Assembly: GCA_965242865.1 (NCBI GenBank)
Contig: CBDETK010000013.1
Span: forward strand, 1,792,001-1,856,000
DNA from: Candidatus Latescibacterota bacterium
GTDB lineage: Bacteria > Latescibacterota > UBA2968 > UBA8231
Direction: 5' to 3'
DNA: 64,000 nucleotides
Positions 29,144 to 38,622 of the stretch are shown piece after piece. The notes below the pieces were generated by a model. That model was not told where the DNA came from, made no database searches, and was given only the letters and a program-made list of their open reading frames with translations. A program made the translations under genes and the position numbers. Each line of letters starts with the position of its first letter. The stretch's first letter is position 1.

Positions 29144-30106
29144 TCACGCCAAGTTTTGCACCTGCTCGCGCAACCGCTCCACTTCCTCTTTGATCGCGAC
29201 CACCTCGTGGGCGATCTCGGCGTCTGCGGCCTTGGTGCTCATGGTGTTGGCTTCGCGGTTCATTTCCTGCAAGAGAAAGTTCAGGCGCTTGCCCACTTGG
29301 CCTCCCTGCGCCAAGGTGGCCAAGAATTGGACGTTGTGGCTGCGGCTGCGGACGATCTCTTCGGCGATGTCGCTGCGCTCGGCGATCAGGGAGACCTCCG
29401 TGGCGAGGCGATCTTCGGCAACCGTCCCGGGCGCGAGCAACGCGGCGACCTTTTCTCGCAGTCGCTCGGCCACTTGTCCCCGGGTCGCCTGCGCTCGCTC
29501 GGCCACGCGCTCCAGATGCCCCTCGATGGCCTCGATGCGGTCGCGCAGATCCGCGGCGAGGGCCTGGCCTTCAGCCGTGCGCATGGCCACCAGCTCGGCC
29601 AGCGCTTCGTCCAACCCCGCCCACAGCACCTCTTGGACGACCGCGCTATCTAGCGGGGTAGCTTGGACGCGAAAGAGCTGGGGCAGCTTGGCCAGCAGCA
29701 CCCGCTCGACCCCCACATCGAGCTGTTCTAGCCCCTTGAAGCGAGCAAAAAACGCCTTCCGCCGCGGCAGCGTTGCCCGACTCTCCGCGGCTTCGAGGTG
29801 GGCCAATTCCGCAAGCCGCCGCAACTGGGCCAGATAGTGCTTGGCGGCCTCCTCGTCGAGCTGGGGCAGGGCCTCTAACGGGCTCTCCTCGGCCCATGCG
29901 ATGTGCGCGCTGATCTTGCCGCGGCCGACCCGCGCCTGAATCCGCTCGCGGATGGCCGCCTCAAAGGACTGGAGCTCGGCTGGGCAGCGCACCTGTATGT
30001 CGAGGTAGCGGCTGTTGACCGACCGCAGCTCGACAGCAAGCCGCCAACCCTGCCGCTCGGCCGCGGCGCGGCCAAATCCGGTCATGCTGTGAATGGGAAC
30101 GGGCAT
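29144..30106 (-). CDS. yicC: YicC/YloC family endoribonuclease
   Basis: SMTGFG, RSVNSRYLD, DIAEEI.R, GKRLNFLLQEMNREANT, E.LREQVQN. Confidence 0.93.
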   Translation of the reverse strand: MPVPIHSMTGFGRAAAERQGWRLAVELRSVNSRYLDIQVRCPAELQSFEAAIRERIQARVGRGKISAHIAWAEESPLEALPQLDEEAAKHYLAQLRRLAELAHLEAAESRATLPRRKAFFARFKGLEQLDVGVERVLLAKLPQLFRVQATPLDSAVVQEVLWAGLDEALAELVAMRTAEGQALAADLRDRIEAIEGHLERVAERAQATRGQVAERLREKVAALLAPGTVAEDRLATEVSLIAERSDIAEEIVRSRSHNVQFLATLAQGGQVGKRLNFLLQEMNREANTMSTKAADAEIAHEVVAIKEEVERLREQVQNLA

Positions 30107-30185
30107 AACGGGTTCTCGTGAATGGTGAGTGCCGAGGATCAGCTACTAAGGAAGGTCGTTACGGAGTAAATCCCATGCAAGCGCA

Positions 30186-31427
30186 CTAACGGCCTGGATC
30201 CACGGCAATGCGGACGATGGACGAAAACCCATCGAGCCGCGCAAGCGTCTGCCCCTCCGGCGCGAATTTCAGCAGCGCGTTGCCGGTCGCAATCCAAGCC
30301 CGCTGCTGCACCGCGTCAAAGGACAGGGCACGGCCCCCGGGCACGTCGGTCCAGTGCTGATCCAAGGCCCCGTTGGCCGAGAACAGGGCCAAGTCCCGTT
30401 CCCCTAGCACCCAGCAGGCACCGCTCGCGCCATCCACGGCCAACCCCACGGCCACGGCAAAAGGCAGGTCCACGTCGAGGACAGCGCCCGTGCGGCCCAA
30501 CCGCGTCAAGTTGCGGCCCTCGCTACCCAACACCCAGACAGCTCCGACCGCACCGGCCGCCAACGCCTTGGGGGCCGCCAGCGCGCGGAATTCAGCGGTG
30601 CGCGTCCCGTCGATCTGGTAGAACAGTACGCGGCCTTGGGCTTGGTCGGCGATCCAGCACCCCCCCGCCTGCGCGGCCAACGCCACAGGCTGGACAAAGG
30701 TGGCATCCACCGGGACGAGGGCGAGCGAATCGGTCGCGGCCAAGGAAAACCAAAAGACCCGCTGCCGGCCCGCGTCGATCAGCCAGCCAATCCGCGCCTC
30801 GGCGTCAATGGCCACATCCCCGGGCGTCTCCACGGCCGCGGCCAGCGCGACCAACGCGCCATCTTTTTGAATCCGGTACAGCCCGGCAAACCCCCGATCG
30901 CTGACCCAGCACGAGCCATCGGCCCGGTCGAGGGCAATCGCCGCCAAGTCGAAAAAATGCCCTTGGGCAAAGTGCGCCCGGCGCGCATCCGCGCTGACTT
31001 TCCACACCAACCCGGAGTGGCGGTCGGCCACCCACGCGACTTCCGGGCCGGGCGTAGCGAGCACGGGCGGGCCGCTCGGGCGTTCCCCTTCCCCGGCGAC
31101 GAGCAGGTTGAGTTGGTATTCGTACGGGGTCCCGTTTTGTACCGCGGCATCCGTGTAGTCGGTCGCGTCCGAGGCCAGCACCGGCGTTATCGGCGTCCAC
31201 TCGTTCCCGGGCTGACGGCGGTAGAGCCGGTAGCCTTGGACATCAGAAAAACGGGAAAAATGCCACTGCAACTCGACTTGGCTGTCGAGCGCCAAGGCCC
31301 GCAAATCGCGCTGGGGCTCGCTCGGCGGGTCTTTGGCTTGTGGGTCGAGGGGATTGCGCCGCGGGCGGTCACTGCAAGCCAAAATCAGGACGCCGATGCA
31401 GCACCCTAGCCAGAGGCTGCGTCTCAC
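30186..31427 (-). CDS. Lipoprotein with fibronectin type III domain and beta-propeller
   Basis: Lipobox ILAC, RRNPLDP, FN3-like V.L.W..GY.LYR..Y.D..V.NG..Y.Y, repeated WVAD/WLID/WIAD blades. Confidence 0.7.
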   Translation of the reverse strand: MRRSLWLGCCIGVLILACSDRPRRNPLDPQAKDPPSEPQRDLRALALDSQVELQWHFSRFSDVQGYRLYRRQPGNEWTPITPVLASDATDYTDAAVQNGTPYEYQLNLLVAGEGERPSGPPVLATPGPEVAWVADRHSGLVWKVSADARRAHFAQGHFFDLAAIALDRADGSCWVSDRGFAGLYRIQKDGALVALAAAVETPGDVAIDAEARIGWLIDAGRQRVFWFSLAATDSLALVPVDATFVQPVALAAQAGGCWIADQAQGRVLFYQIDGTRTAEFRALAAPKALAAGAVGAVWVLGSEGRNLTRLGRTGAVLDVDLPFAVAVGLAVDGASGACWVLGERDLALFSANGALDQHWTDVPGGRALSFDAVQQRAWIATGNALLKFAPEGQTLARLDGFSSIVRIAVDPGR

Positions 31428-31867
31428 GACTTGGCCCTAAAAAAGAGCAGGTACGAGCTGAGCACGATGCCTACTTCCATGCCGATAAACGCCGCGCCGG
31501 CCATGCGATCAAAGCGCTTGGCCGCGGCCAATTCTCGCTCTTGGTGCTTTGCGCTGGCCGAGCGCAAATAGCGGTTGTACGCGGCGTCGGCCCGTTCCTT
31601 GCTCCAGTAGGCCAGCGCACCGGCCCCCACGGCCAAGGCCGCGCTCAAATACAGCTTCCGGCGCGAGCGTTTCTCCTTGCTCGGGGCCGCAGCGGTGGCT
31701 GGCATTGCCGGCGGCCTAGGCCGCGGCTGCTCGGCCCATTGCGCCGCTAAGGCCGCTTCCAACGGGGCCAGCCGCAGCGGCAGCTCCCACGATTCGGCCC
31801 GCGCCAGCGTGCTCTGCGTGGCGAGCACCAGCAGCAGGCCGTAGGCGATCGTCTTGGTCTTGGTCAC
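31424..31867 (-). CDS. Hypothetical exported membrane protein
   Basis: Signal peptide plus two TM helices; coupled to the downstream gene by a GTGA overlap. Confidence 0.6.
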   Translation of the reverse strand: MTKTKTIAYGLLLVLATQSTLARAESWELPLRLAPLEAALAAQWAEQPRPRPPAMPATAAAPSKEKRSRRKLYLSAALAVGAGALAYWSKERADAAYNRYLRSASAKHQERELAAAKRFDRMAGAAFIGMEVGIVLSSYLLFFRAKS

Positions 31868-31951
31868 GCCGCGATTCCTTTCAAACGGACGCAGTGTTGC
31901 TGTCAGTGCGTTGTCTCGGGGATGAGTCGATTTGCCGTGCGATTCGAGCTG

Positions 31952-32335
31952 CTAGCGATGGGCTTCGCTGTACAGCTCAACTGGACTTTTGCTTATCCAC
32001 TCGGGGGCATGGAGCAGCACGGGTGCCCGGTCTTCGCCAGCCCAAATTGGTTCGTCAAGCCCCCAATAAAAGAAATGCACACGCCTGCCATCGGGCACTA
32101 CCTTCTCGTTGATCCAGCCGTTCTTTGTGTAGAGCACGACGAGATCGCCTGATTTAACTGCCTTGTACGGGAACCAGTACGTGTGATGTGCAGCTATCGT
32201 TACGCTATCGCCTTGGAAGTCCGACTGAATCAAGATGTAATCCCCGACATCTGTATCGGCTCGTACACTCAAGACCAAGCGCTCTCTGTCTGCATGGCCC
32301 CGATCTACGACTGCTTGAATGGCAAGTCTCATCAT
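31952..32335 (-). CDS. Hypothetical beta-rich protein (possibly lamin-tail/Ig-like)
   Basis: 127 aa: ERLVL..D.DVGDY...YWFP...VKSGDLVVLYTK.G...FYWGL..PIW; ATGA coupling with the upstream gene. Confidence 0.65.
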   Translation of the reverse strand: MMRLAIQAVVDRGHADRERLVLSVRADTDVGDYILIQSDFQGDSVTIAAHHTYWFPYKAVKSGDLVVLYTKNGWINEKVVPDGRRVHFFYWGLDEPIWAGEDRAPVLLHAPEWISKSPVELYSEAHR

Positions 32336-32775
32336 GACGCCTTTCCCCTTATGGCGGATACTGCCTTTGCGGCGATGCCGATAATAAGCGTCACAGCCCC
32401 GAATATCCCTACACTCCAATCGAATGGTTGATCCGGTTGATCCGTCAAGGCCGGTCCGAATAATAAACCACCTACTGTCAAGCATCCCCCGAAAACGATG
32501 TCAAGGGCCAGAGCGGTTCTGCTCTTTTGCTCCAGTACCGCCACCTTTTTGTCCGCTTCGTGAAAACGTTCCACATAGTGTTTGTACTTTTCGTTCTCTA
32601 TCCCAAGTCGGTCAATTTCGCTTAACAAGAGTTTCTGAACGGCTGCATTCGCCAAATCTTGTTCTGTTAGTTCGCGCGAGATCTTCCGAAATGCCTGTTG
32701 ACCTGCCGGATGACTAGGCCTCGATTGCCCTTCCGCATCTTCAAGGGTGATTTCTTTGATGTCCTGCTCTGTCAT
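32332..32775 (-). CDS. Hypothetical coiled-coil protein with two C-terminal TM helices
   Basis: 147 aa, GGAGG RBS, helical N-terminus, two hydrophobic segments; AT-richer than its neighbours. Confidence 0.65.
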   Translation of the reverse strand: MTEQDIKEITLEDAEGQSRPSHPAGQQAFRKISRELTEQDLANAAVQKLLLSEIDRLGIENEKYKHYVERFHEADKKVAVLEQKSRTALALDIVFGGCLTVGGLLFGPALTDQPDQPFDWSVGIFGAVTLIIGIAAKAVSAIRGKAS

Positions 32776-32852
32776 GGCCCCTCCGTTTCAGTGCGGGTGT
32801 GAGCTCTTCAAAAGTATGCTGTCTCGACCCAACCGGCGCAATAAGCCGCAAC

Positions 32853-33926
32853 TCAGCGGCCAAACGCGTACAATGTCCGCTTTTCGGTCGCCACCACGAC
32901 CTCGTCGCCCAACGCCACGGGCGTCAAAACCGGCCCATCCAAGCGGTATTTCCACAATAGATGGCCGTCTTGGAGCTCCAAGGCGTAGAGATAGCTGTCG
33001 CTGGAGGCACTATATGCGGTGTGAGCCGTGGCGGCCGGACTGCTCCGCACCACGCCTCCGGTGGCAAACGTCCACCGCACCGCGCCCGTGGCCGCGTCTA
33101 GCCCATAGAGAGAGCGGTCGGCGCAGCCAACGACCAACACGCCAGCGGCCAGGGCCAATTCCGCGGTCGGCAGCGCACCCAAGGCCCGCTCCCACACCAC
33201 CCGGCCGGAGTCGCGGTGCGCGGCGAATACCCGACCGGAAGCTGTCGCCGCAACCACACAATCGCCGGCCGACACGGGCCGCGAGCGCACGGCTTCTCCC
33301 ACGTGGGTGCGCCAGCGCTCGTGGCCCGTGGCCGCGCTCAGAGCGACCAAGTCCCCGGCCGCAGTCCCGGCAACTGCGAGGTCGCCGCTCAGCGCCAGCC
33401 CGGCGCGCGCCAGCCCGCCCAATTCGGCGCACCACAGCACCAGCCCATCGGCTAGGCGCAACGCCTGGACCGCGCCTTCATCGTCCACCGCAATTAGGGT
33501 ATCGCCGCGCACGACCGGCACCTGACAAAACGCTCCCTCGCGCCGCCAACGCTCAGCGGCCGTCCGCCGGTCCAAGACCTGTAAGCTAGGCTTGCGGCCC
33601 AGCACCCCCAGCGCGTAGAGCACCCCGGCCAACTGCCCAGGGGCACACGCCATCTTGTCGTAGCCGTGCTTGCCCAACAGGACGCCGTTGCCCCGCGCCA
33701 GCGCGTAGAGGGTGGGCGCGGTGGTCAGTTGGAGGAGCAGGTCGCCGGCAAAGAGCGCACTCCCCAGCGGCGAGCCGTCCATTTTGTGCGTCCACAAAAG
33801 GCGCAGCGGCGGCTCAACCCCCATTGCACCGTGCCTTGGCTCGCCGAGGTAGAGCACCTTTTCGCCACAGGCCGCCAAGAGGCAGAACCCGAGCAGGGCG
33901 TATCTGTATCTAATAATCCCAGCCAA
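32853..33926 (-). CDS. PQQ-like beta-propeller lipoprotein (BamB-like)
   Basis: Lipobox LAAC; repeated L.ALD..TG...W and SSPA motifs. Confidence 0.85.
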   Translation of the reverse strand: MAGIIRYRYALLGFCLLAACGEKVLYLGEPRHGAMGVEPPLRLLWTHKMDGSPLGSALFAGDLLLQLTTAPTLYALARGNGVLLGKHGYDKMACAPGQLAGVLYALGVLGRKPSLQVLDRRTAAERWRREGAFCQVPVVRGDTLIAVDDEGAVQALRLADGLVLWCAELGGLARAGLALSGDLAVAGTAAGDLVALSAATGHERWRTHVGEAVRSRPVSAGDCVVAATASGRVFAAHRDSGRVVWERALGALPTAELALAAGVLVVGCADRSLYGLDAATGAVRWTFATGGVVRSSPAATAHTAYSASSDSYLYALELQDGHLLWKYRLDGPVLTPVALGDEVVVATEKRTLYAFGR

Positions 33927-36699
33927 AGAAGAAGTCCCAGCGCGTGTCGTCGTCTATGGACTTGAAGTCCGTGCGCCGCGCCGCATCCAAGCGAAAGACG
34001 AAAACCCCGCCCAAGGCCAAGCGCACCCCCGCGCCAAACGCCGCCCGCCATTGATCAAAGTCGCGGTTCCACGCATTGCCCACATCGAAAAAGAGCGCGC
34101 CCCGAAAGGCACTGAACTCCATGGCGCCAAACGGAAAGTGGAGCAGAAACCGATCGACCAAGGGAAAGCGCAGTTCTTGGTTGAACAACACCATCTTGCT
34201 GCCCCACAGCGAGCGCCAGCCATAGCCCCGCAGCGTCCAACTGCCCCCCAAGGAGAAAAACTCGGGCACGACGCCGGTGGATCGCCGGCCCATCAGGCGC
34301 ACGGCCAACGCGCTGCGCTTGGAGAAGCGGAAGTAGTGCCGGTAGTCGCCAAAGAGCGCGATGTTGAACCGCCGCGAGGTCTTAAAGTCAATCGTCTGCG
34401 CCAGCCCAACGCTGTAGCGCCGGCCCTCCAGCGGCCCGGTCGGAATCCACAGGCTGCTGTCGTGGGTATAGCTGACGTAGTTGTTGGCCAGCCAGCCGGA
34501 CAGCTTGCGCCCCTCAAATTGCCGGTCAATATCGGCGCGGCGCAACGAGAGCCGGGTATCGATGCGGTCGTGCTGGGAAAAGGGATAGCTCAACCCAAGG
34601 TGGCCGCCCACGCGCTTTTCGCGCACGAACCGGCCAAAGCGGCTCGAAAAGCGGTCGTTGAGCCGGAACACGCCCCAATACACGTTGAGCCGCTGGCCGA
34701 GGTGGAGCCGCGACAAGGCCACGTTCAGGCCGTCGAAAAAGCCGGATTGGCTGGCGGCAATGTGCGAGAGCACAAAGTGGTACTGGTCGTTGCCCAGCAC
34801 ATCGCTCAGGGCCACTTGGATGCCGCCCGAGGTGCCAAATTCCGGGTCTTGCGAGATCTGGCCTTGGGCTATGTCAAAGCTCATCTTGCGCCTATAGGGC
34901 CGACTGGCGAGCTCGCTCTGGCCGTGCAGGCTCGCCAGCGTCCACGGCTCGGCCAGTGCTTCCTCCACGTGCTGATAGCTGACCTGCGCGCTGTCGGCCC
35001 AATCCACCGCGAGCTCGTAGATCTGGAAGCCTCCGCTCTCATAGCCAGAAAAGAGCAGGTGCTGGCCATCGGCCAACAGCACCGGATCAAACGCCCCGGT
35101 CAACACGTGGGTCAACTGCCGAGTCGTAGCGCGGTCGGCGGCGAGCTGCAGGGCGTAGATATTGTACGCGCCGGCGCGGTCCGAGCTAAAGACGATATGC
35201 CGACCGTCCGGCGACCAGCGCGGCTGCCCGTCGTTGTGCTCGCCGCGGCTGAGGGCCGAGATCTGCTCGGTCGCCAGATCGTACAGGAACAGGTTGTAGC
35301 GGCCGCGCCGCCCCCCGGGCCAGCGGTCCGAGCTAAAGACGATGTGCCGACCGTCCGGCGACCAGTCGGGTTCGCGGTCGTGGTACAGGTCGCGGCGCAA
35401 GGCGCGGAGGCTGTCGCCGGCGACATCGACCAGATAAATGTCGGTCCAGCCCCCTTCGTCGCTGCCAGCAAAGGCCAGCCGCTGCCCATCGGGCGCAAAC
35501 GCCGGCGACGCAATCGCGACGATCTCGGCAAACGACAAATCCCGCACCGCGCGCTTTTGTTCCACATCCCAGATATACAGGTGGTCGCGGCCCCGGCTCT
35601 TGGCGGCAAACGCCAGCCACTTGCCGTCCGGCGAAGCGGCTAGCCGCGTCGAGAGCGGGTGCAGGGATTCAAAGACCGGCAGACGCTCGCCTTCGACCAC
35701 GACCTCGGGCGCGCGACCATCGCGGTGGGAGCGGACGATCTGCGTATAGCCTTGATCGTTGCGGAAGTGATAGAATGCGCCGCTGTCGCCGGGCGCGATT
35801 TCGGGCTTGATGTTAAAGCCGCGTTGCGTGCGTGCGGTGGCCAATTCAGACGGCGGATCTCGGTCCGCAATCGCCGGCAGGTGCCGCTTGTGTAGGTGGT
35901 ATTGCCAAGCCTGATCAAACTTCTCCAAGGTCTCGCCGGTCGTGACCGCAAAAACTTCGGCAAAGGTCTCGCCGCGCCACCAATTGGCAAAGAGCTGCTC
36001 AAACACGTCCGGGCCGTGCCGCGCCGCCATGAAGTGGCAAATTGACTCGCCTTCTTTGTATAGCTGATAGGTGCCGTAGATGCGGTACATCTCGGCGATG
36101 GACACCAGCCGCCGCGCAAAGAGCGCGTCGCGCACCACCATGTCGCCAAAGCTGGTGCGCTCGCTCGACCAGTACTCGGCCAGCCCTTCGGAAAACCACA
36201 GCGGCGCCGGGCGGAAGTCCAACACCCCGTGCCGCGCCAGCACCCGGGCGATTCGGTCAAACGCGAAGACGTGGACCAACTCGTGGTGCAGCACCCGCTC
36301 GAATTCGGGCAGGGAGCCGCTCAGGGGCAACGCGACCCGCCCCTTGAGGTATTCGGTAAAGCCCGCTACCCCTTCGGGCAGGAGATTGGGAATGATATTG
36401 GTTTGTTCAAAGTAGATGTGCGAGGAATAGATCACCAGCGGCACTCGCCGCTGCACGGTGTGGGCGAACTTCTTTTCCAAGTCCGCGAACTGGCGCTCGG
36501 CCATTTGCGCGGCATACGCGGCTAGCTCGGCTTCTTCGGCAAAGAAGTACACGTCAAAGTGCTCGGTCTCCATCTTCCGCCACGCGAATTCCGCGTACTG
36601 CACCTTGTTTTGGCCAAAGCCCTGACCGGCGGCCGCTGAGGCCACGAGCAGCCAACCCAACGCGACATATACCCAGCCGCGCATACCCCGCTCCGCCAC
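33910..36699 (-). CDS. Peptidase MA-like + TolB/PD40 repeats + Omp85 (BamA/TamA-like) barrel
   Basis: FGQNKVQY, HELVH...WFSEGLAEY, WSPDG repeats, LGGSWTLRGY, LFFDVGNAW, terminal aromatic residue. Confidence 0.85.
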   Translation of the reverse strand: MAERGMRGWVYVALGWLLVASAAAGQGFGQNKVQYAEFAWRKMETEHFDVYFFAEEAELAAYAAQMAERQFADLEKKFAHTVQRRVPLVIYSSHIYFEQTNIIPNLLPEGVAGFTEYLKGRVALPLSGSLPEFERVLHHELVHVFAFDRIARVLARHGVLDFRPAPLWFSEGLAEYWSSERTSFGDMVVRDALFARRLVSIAEMYRIYGTYQLYKEGESICHFMAARHGPDVFEQLFANWWRGETFAEVFAVTTGETLEKFDQAWQYHLHKRHLPAIADRDPPSELATARTQRGFNIKPEIAPGDSGAFYHFRNDQGYTQIVRSHRDGRAPEVVVEGERLPVFESLHPLSTRLAASPDGKWLAFAAKSRGRDHLYIWDVEQKRAVRDLSFAEIVAIASPAFAPDGQRLAFAGSDEGGWTDIYLVDVAGDSLRALRRDLYHDREPDWSPDGRHIVFSSDRWPGGRRGRYNLFLYDLATEQISALSRGEHNDGQPRWSPDGRHIVFSSDRAGAYNIYALQLAADRATTRQLTHVLTGAFDPVLLADGQHLLFSGYESGGFQIYELAVDWADSAQVSYQHVEEALAEPWTLASLHGQSELASRPYRRKMSFDIAQGQISQDPEFGTSGGIQVALSDVLGNDQYHFVLSHIAASQSGFFDGLNVALSRLHLGQRLNVYWGVFRLNDRFSSRFGRFVREKRVGGHLGLSYPFSQHDRIDTRLSLRRADIDRQFEGRKLSGWLANNYVSYTHDSSLWIPTGPLEGRRYSVGLAQTIDFKTSRRFNIALFGDYRHYFRFSKRSALAVRLMGRRSTGVVPEFFSLGGSWTLRGYGWRSLWGSKMVLFNQELRFPLVDRFLLHFPFGAMEFSAFRGALFFDVGNAWNRDFDQWRAAFGAGVRLALGGVFVFRLDAARRTDFKSIDDDTRWDFFFGWDY

Positions 36700-36706
36700 G
36701 CGCTGC

Positions 36707-37576
36707 TCAGTGCAAGGAGCGCAGAAACGACGGGCTGAACGCGCCGCGCGCCACTTCGGCGACCGGCCCCTTCATGGTCAGGTCGTAGTTTGCGCCCACG
36801 TCGATGTACAAGGCTCCGCCCGGGGCCTCAACCACAACCGGACTTTTGACCAAGCCCAGCCGCACGGCCGCGCTCGCGGCCGCACACGCCGACGACCCGG
36901 ACGCCTGCGTAGGGCCTGCGCCGCGCTCCCAGATCAGGATGTAGATCGCGTAGCGGCCCACAGGCACGGCGAGCTGCACGTTGGTGCGCCGGGGAAAAAG
37001 CGGGTGATTTTCCAGTGCCGGGCCCAAGGAGCGCAACTCGTCCTCGGTCCACTGCTCTCCCTGTTCGCGGAAGATGATGCAGTGGGGGTTGCCCACGCTG
37101 ACGCCGGTAAAGGTCAGGGACTGCCCATGGACGTCAATCGGCTGCGCCACGAGCTCTTCGGCCTTTAGTGTGCAGGGCAAGGCGGGCGGCGCAAACGTGG
37201 CTCGCCCCATCTCCACTGTGGCCGCGCTGGCGTCGCCGTGCTCGTCAAGGTGCAACTCAACGCGCACGAGGCCGCCCTCCGTCTCGATGGTGAACTGCTG
37301 CTTTTGCACTTGGCCGGTCGCGTGTAGGTAGCGGGCGAATATCCGCAAGCCATTGCCCGACTTTTCCGCCTCACTGCCGTCGGGGTTGTAAATCCGCAGG
37401 CCAAAGTCGGCTTTTTGCGACGGCACCAACGCGAGAATGCCATCGCTGCCCACGCCCCGGTGGCGGTCGCAAATCGCCCGGATATTGTCCGGCGTCAGCG
37501 CGAAGCTGAGCGCGGCCGGATCGACGGCAAGGTAGTCGTTGCCGAGGCCGTGTCCCTTGAAAAATTCGTTGTCCAT
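36707..37576 (-). CDS. dapF: Diaminopimelate epimerase (Ser-for-Cys variant)
   Basis: KGHGLGNDY, G.GSDG, NPDGSEAEKSGNGLR, VGNPH, ERGAGPTQASGSSACA. Confidence 0.9.
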   Translation of the reverse strand: MDNEFFKGHGLGNDYLAVDPAALSFALTPDNIRAICDRHRGVGSDGILALVPSQKADFGLRIYNPDGSEAEKSGNGLRIFARYLHATGQVQKQQFTIETEGGLVRVELHLDEHGDASAATVEMGRATFAPPALPCTLKAEELVAQPIDVHGQSLTFTGVSVGNPHCIIFREQGEQWTEDELRSLGPALENHPLFPRRTNVQLAVPVGRYAIYILIWERGAGPTQASGSSACAAASAAVRLGLVKSPVVVEAPGGALYIDVGANYDLTMKGPVAEVARGAFSPSFLRSLH

Positions 37577-37673
37577 ATCGCCCCTTTTTCGCTTTTCTTG
37601 CAGAACTTAGGCCCCCATTCGGGTCGGGTCAAACGAAGTTGCTGAGGGGCTGTCCGCTGGTATATTACCTATA

Positions 37674-38477
37674 ATGTTGTGCTTAGTCGTCGCCTTAGCC
37701 GCCGAGGCTCGCCCCCTGATCGCGCACTACCGGCTGCGAGCCTTAGAGGGCCATCCCTATCGCATTTGCGCGGGAGATCAGACGCACCTGATCGTCTCCG
37801 GCGTCGGCAAAGTGGCGGCCGCCGCGGCCGCCGCGTATTTGCGCGCTCGGATTGGGGCGGCACCAGCGGCTTGGCTCAATGTCGGCGTCGCCGGGCACGG
37901 CCGCCATGCGGTGGGTGCCGCCCTGCTCGCGCACAAGGTCGTGGACGCGGCCCGCGACCAGTCCTTTTACCCCACCTTCACCGCGCCTCCGCCCTGCCGC
38001 ACCACCGTGCTCCACACCGTAGATCGCGCCCAGCCCGCGGCCGGCGACCTTGCGTTCGACATGGAGGCCAGCGGCTTTTGCGAGGTCGCGCAACGCTTTG
38101 CCACCAGCGAGCGGGTCCACTGCCTCAAGGTCGTCTCCGACAATCCGCAATGCCCCTATCAGACGCTCAACGCGAAAAAAGTAGAAGAGTTAATAGCAGC
38201 CCAACTCGACGCAGTCGCCCACGTCGGCCAACACCTGCGAGCACTCAGCCAGCAACTCCACGCGCTCCACGCCGACCCGCCCGGCTTGGCCGAGCTAACC
38301 GCCCACTGGCCGTTTACCGCCACGCAGCAACACCAGTTACGCGGCTTGCTGGTGCGCTGGCACACGCTCACCGGGGAACCTTTCTGCACCGCCGATGTCC
38401 GCGCCTTGCAACGCCGCGATGAGGTGCTCGCCCACCTCAAGCAGCGGCTGGCCGATGTGGAACTCATTTTGATCTAG
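37674..38477 (+). CDS. Nucleoside phosphorylase/MTA-SAH nucleosidase-like protein
   Basis: VAL..EA.PLI, SGVGK, NVGVAG, FDMEASGF, KVVSDN. Confidence 0.75.
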   Translation: MLCLVVALAAEARPLIAHYRLRALEGHPYRICAGDQTHLIVSGVGKVAAAAAAAYLRARIGAAPAAWLNVGVAGHGRHAVGAALLAHKVVDAARDQSFYPTFTAPPPCRTTVLHTVDRAQPAAGDLAFDMEASGFCEVAQRFATSERVHCLKVVSDNPQCPYQTLNAKKVEELIAAQLDAVAHVGQHLRALSQQLHALHADPPGLAELTAHWPFTATQQHQLRGLLVRWHTLTGEPFCTADVRALQRRDEVLAHLKQRLADVELILI

Positions 38478-38515
38478 CGGGCATGCCTACGGGATAACTA
38501 CTCCTCGGGTCTGGC

Positions 38516-38598
38516 CGAGCAGGGATTCTTGACCGGGTGCAGGCGATTCGATACCTTGGCAACCGTAAGAACTTTGGCATAATGCAGTGCTTCATTGA
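38516..38598 (+). repeat. 83-bp direct repeat, copy 1 (copy 2 at 41039-41121)
   Basis: cgagcagggattcttgaccgggtgcaggcgattcgataccttggcaaccgtaagaactttggcataatgcagtgcttcattga; about six mismatches to copy 2. Confidence 0.92.
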
Positions 38599-38622
38599 AT
38601 GGTGATTCAGGAGTGAAACAGG

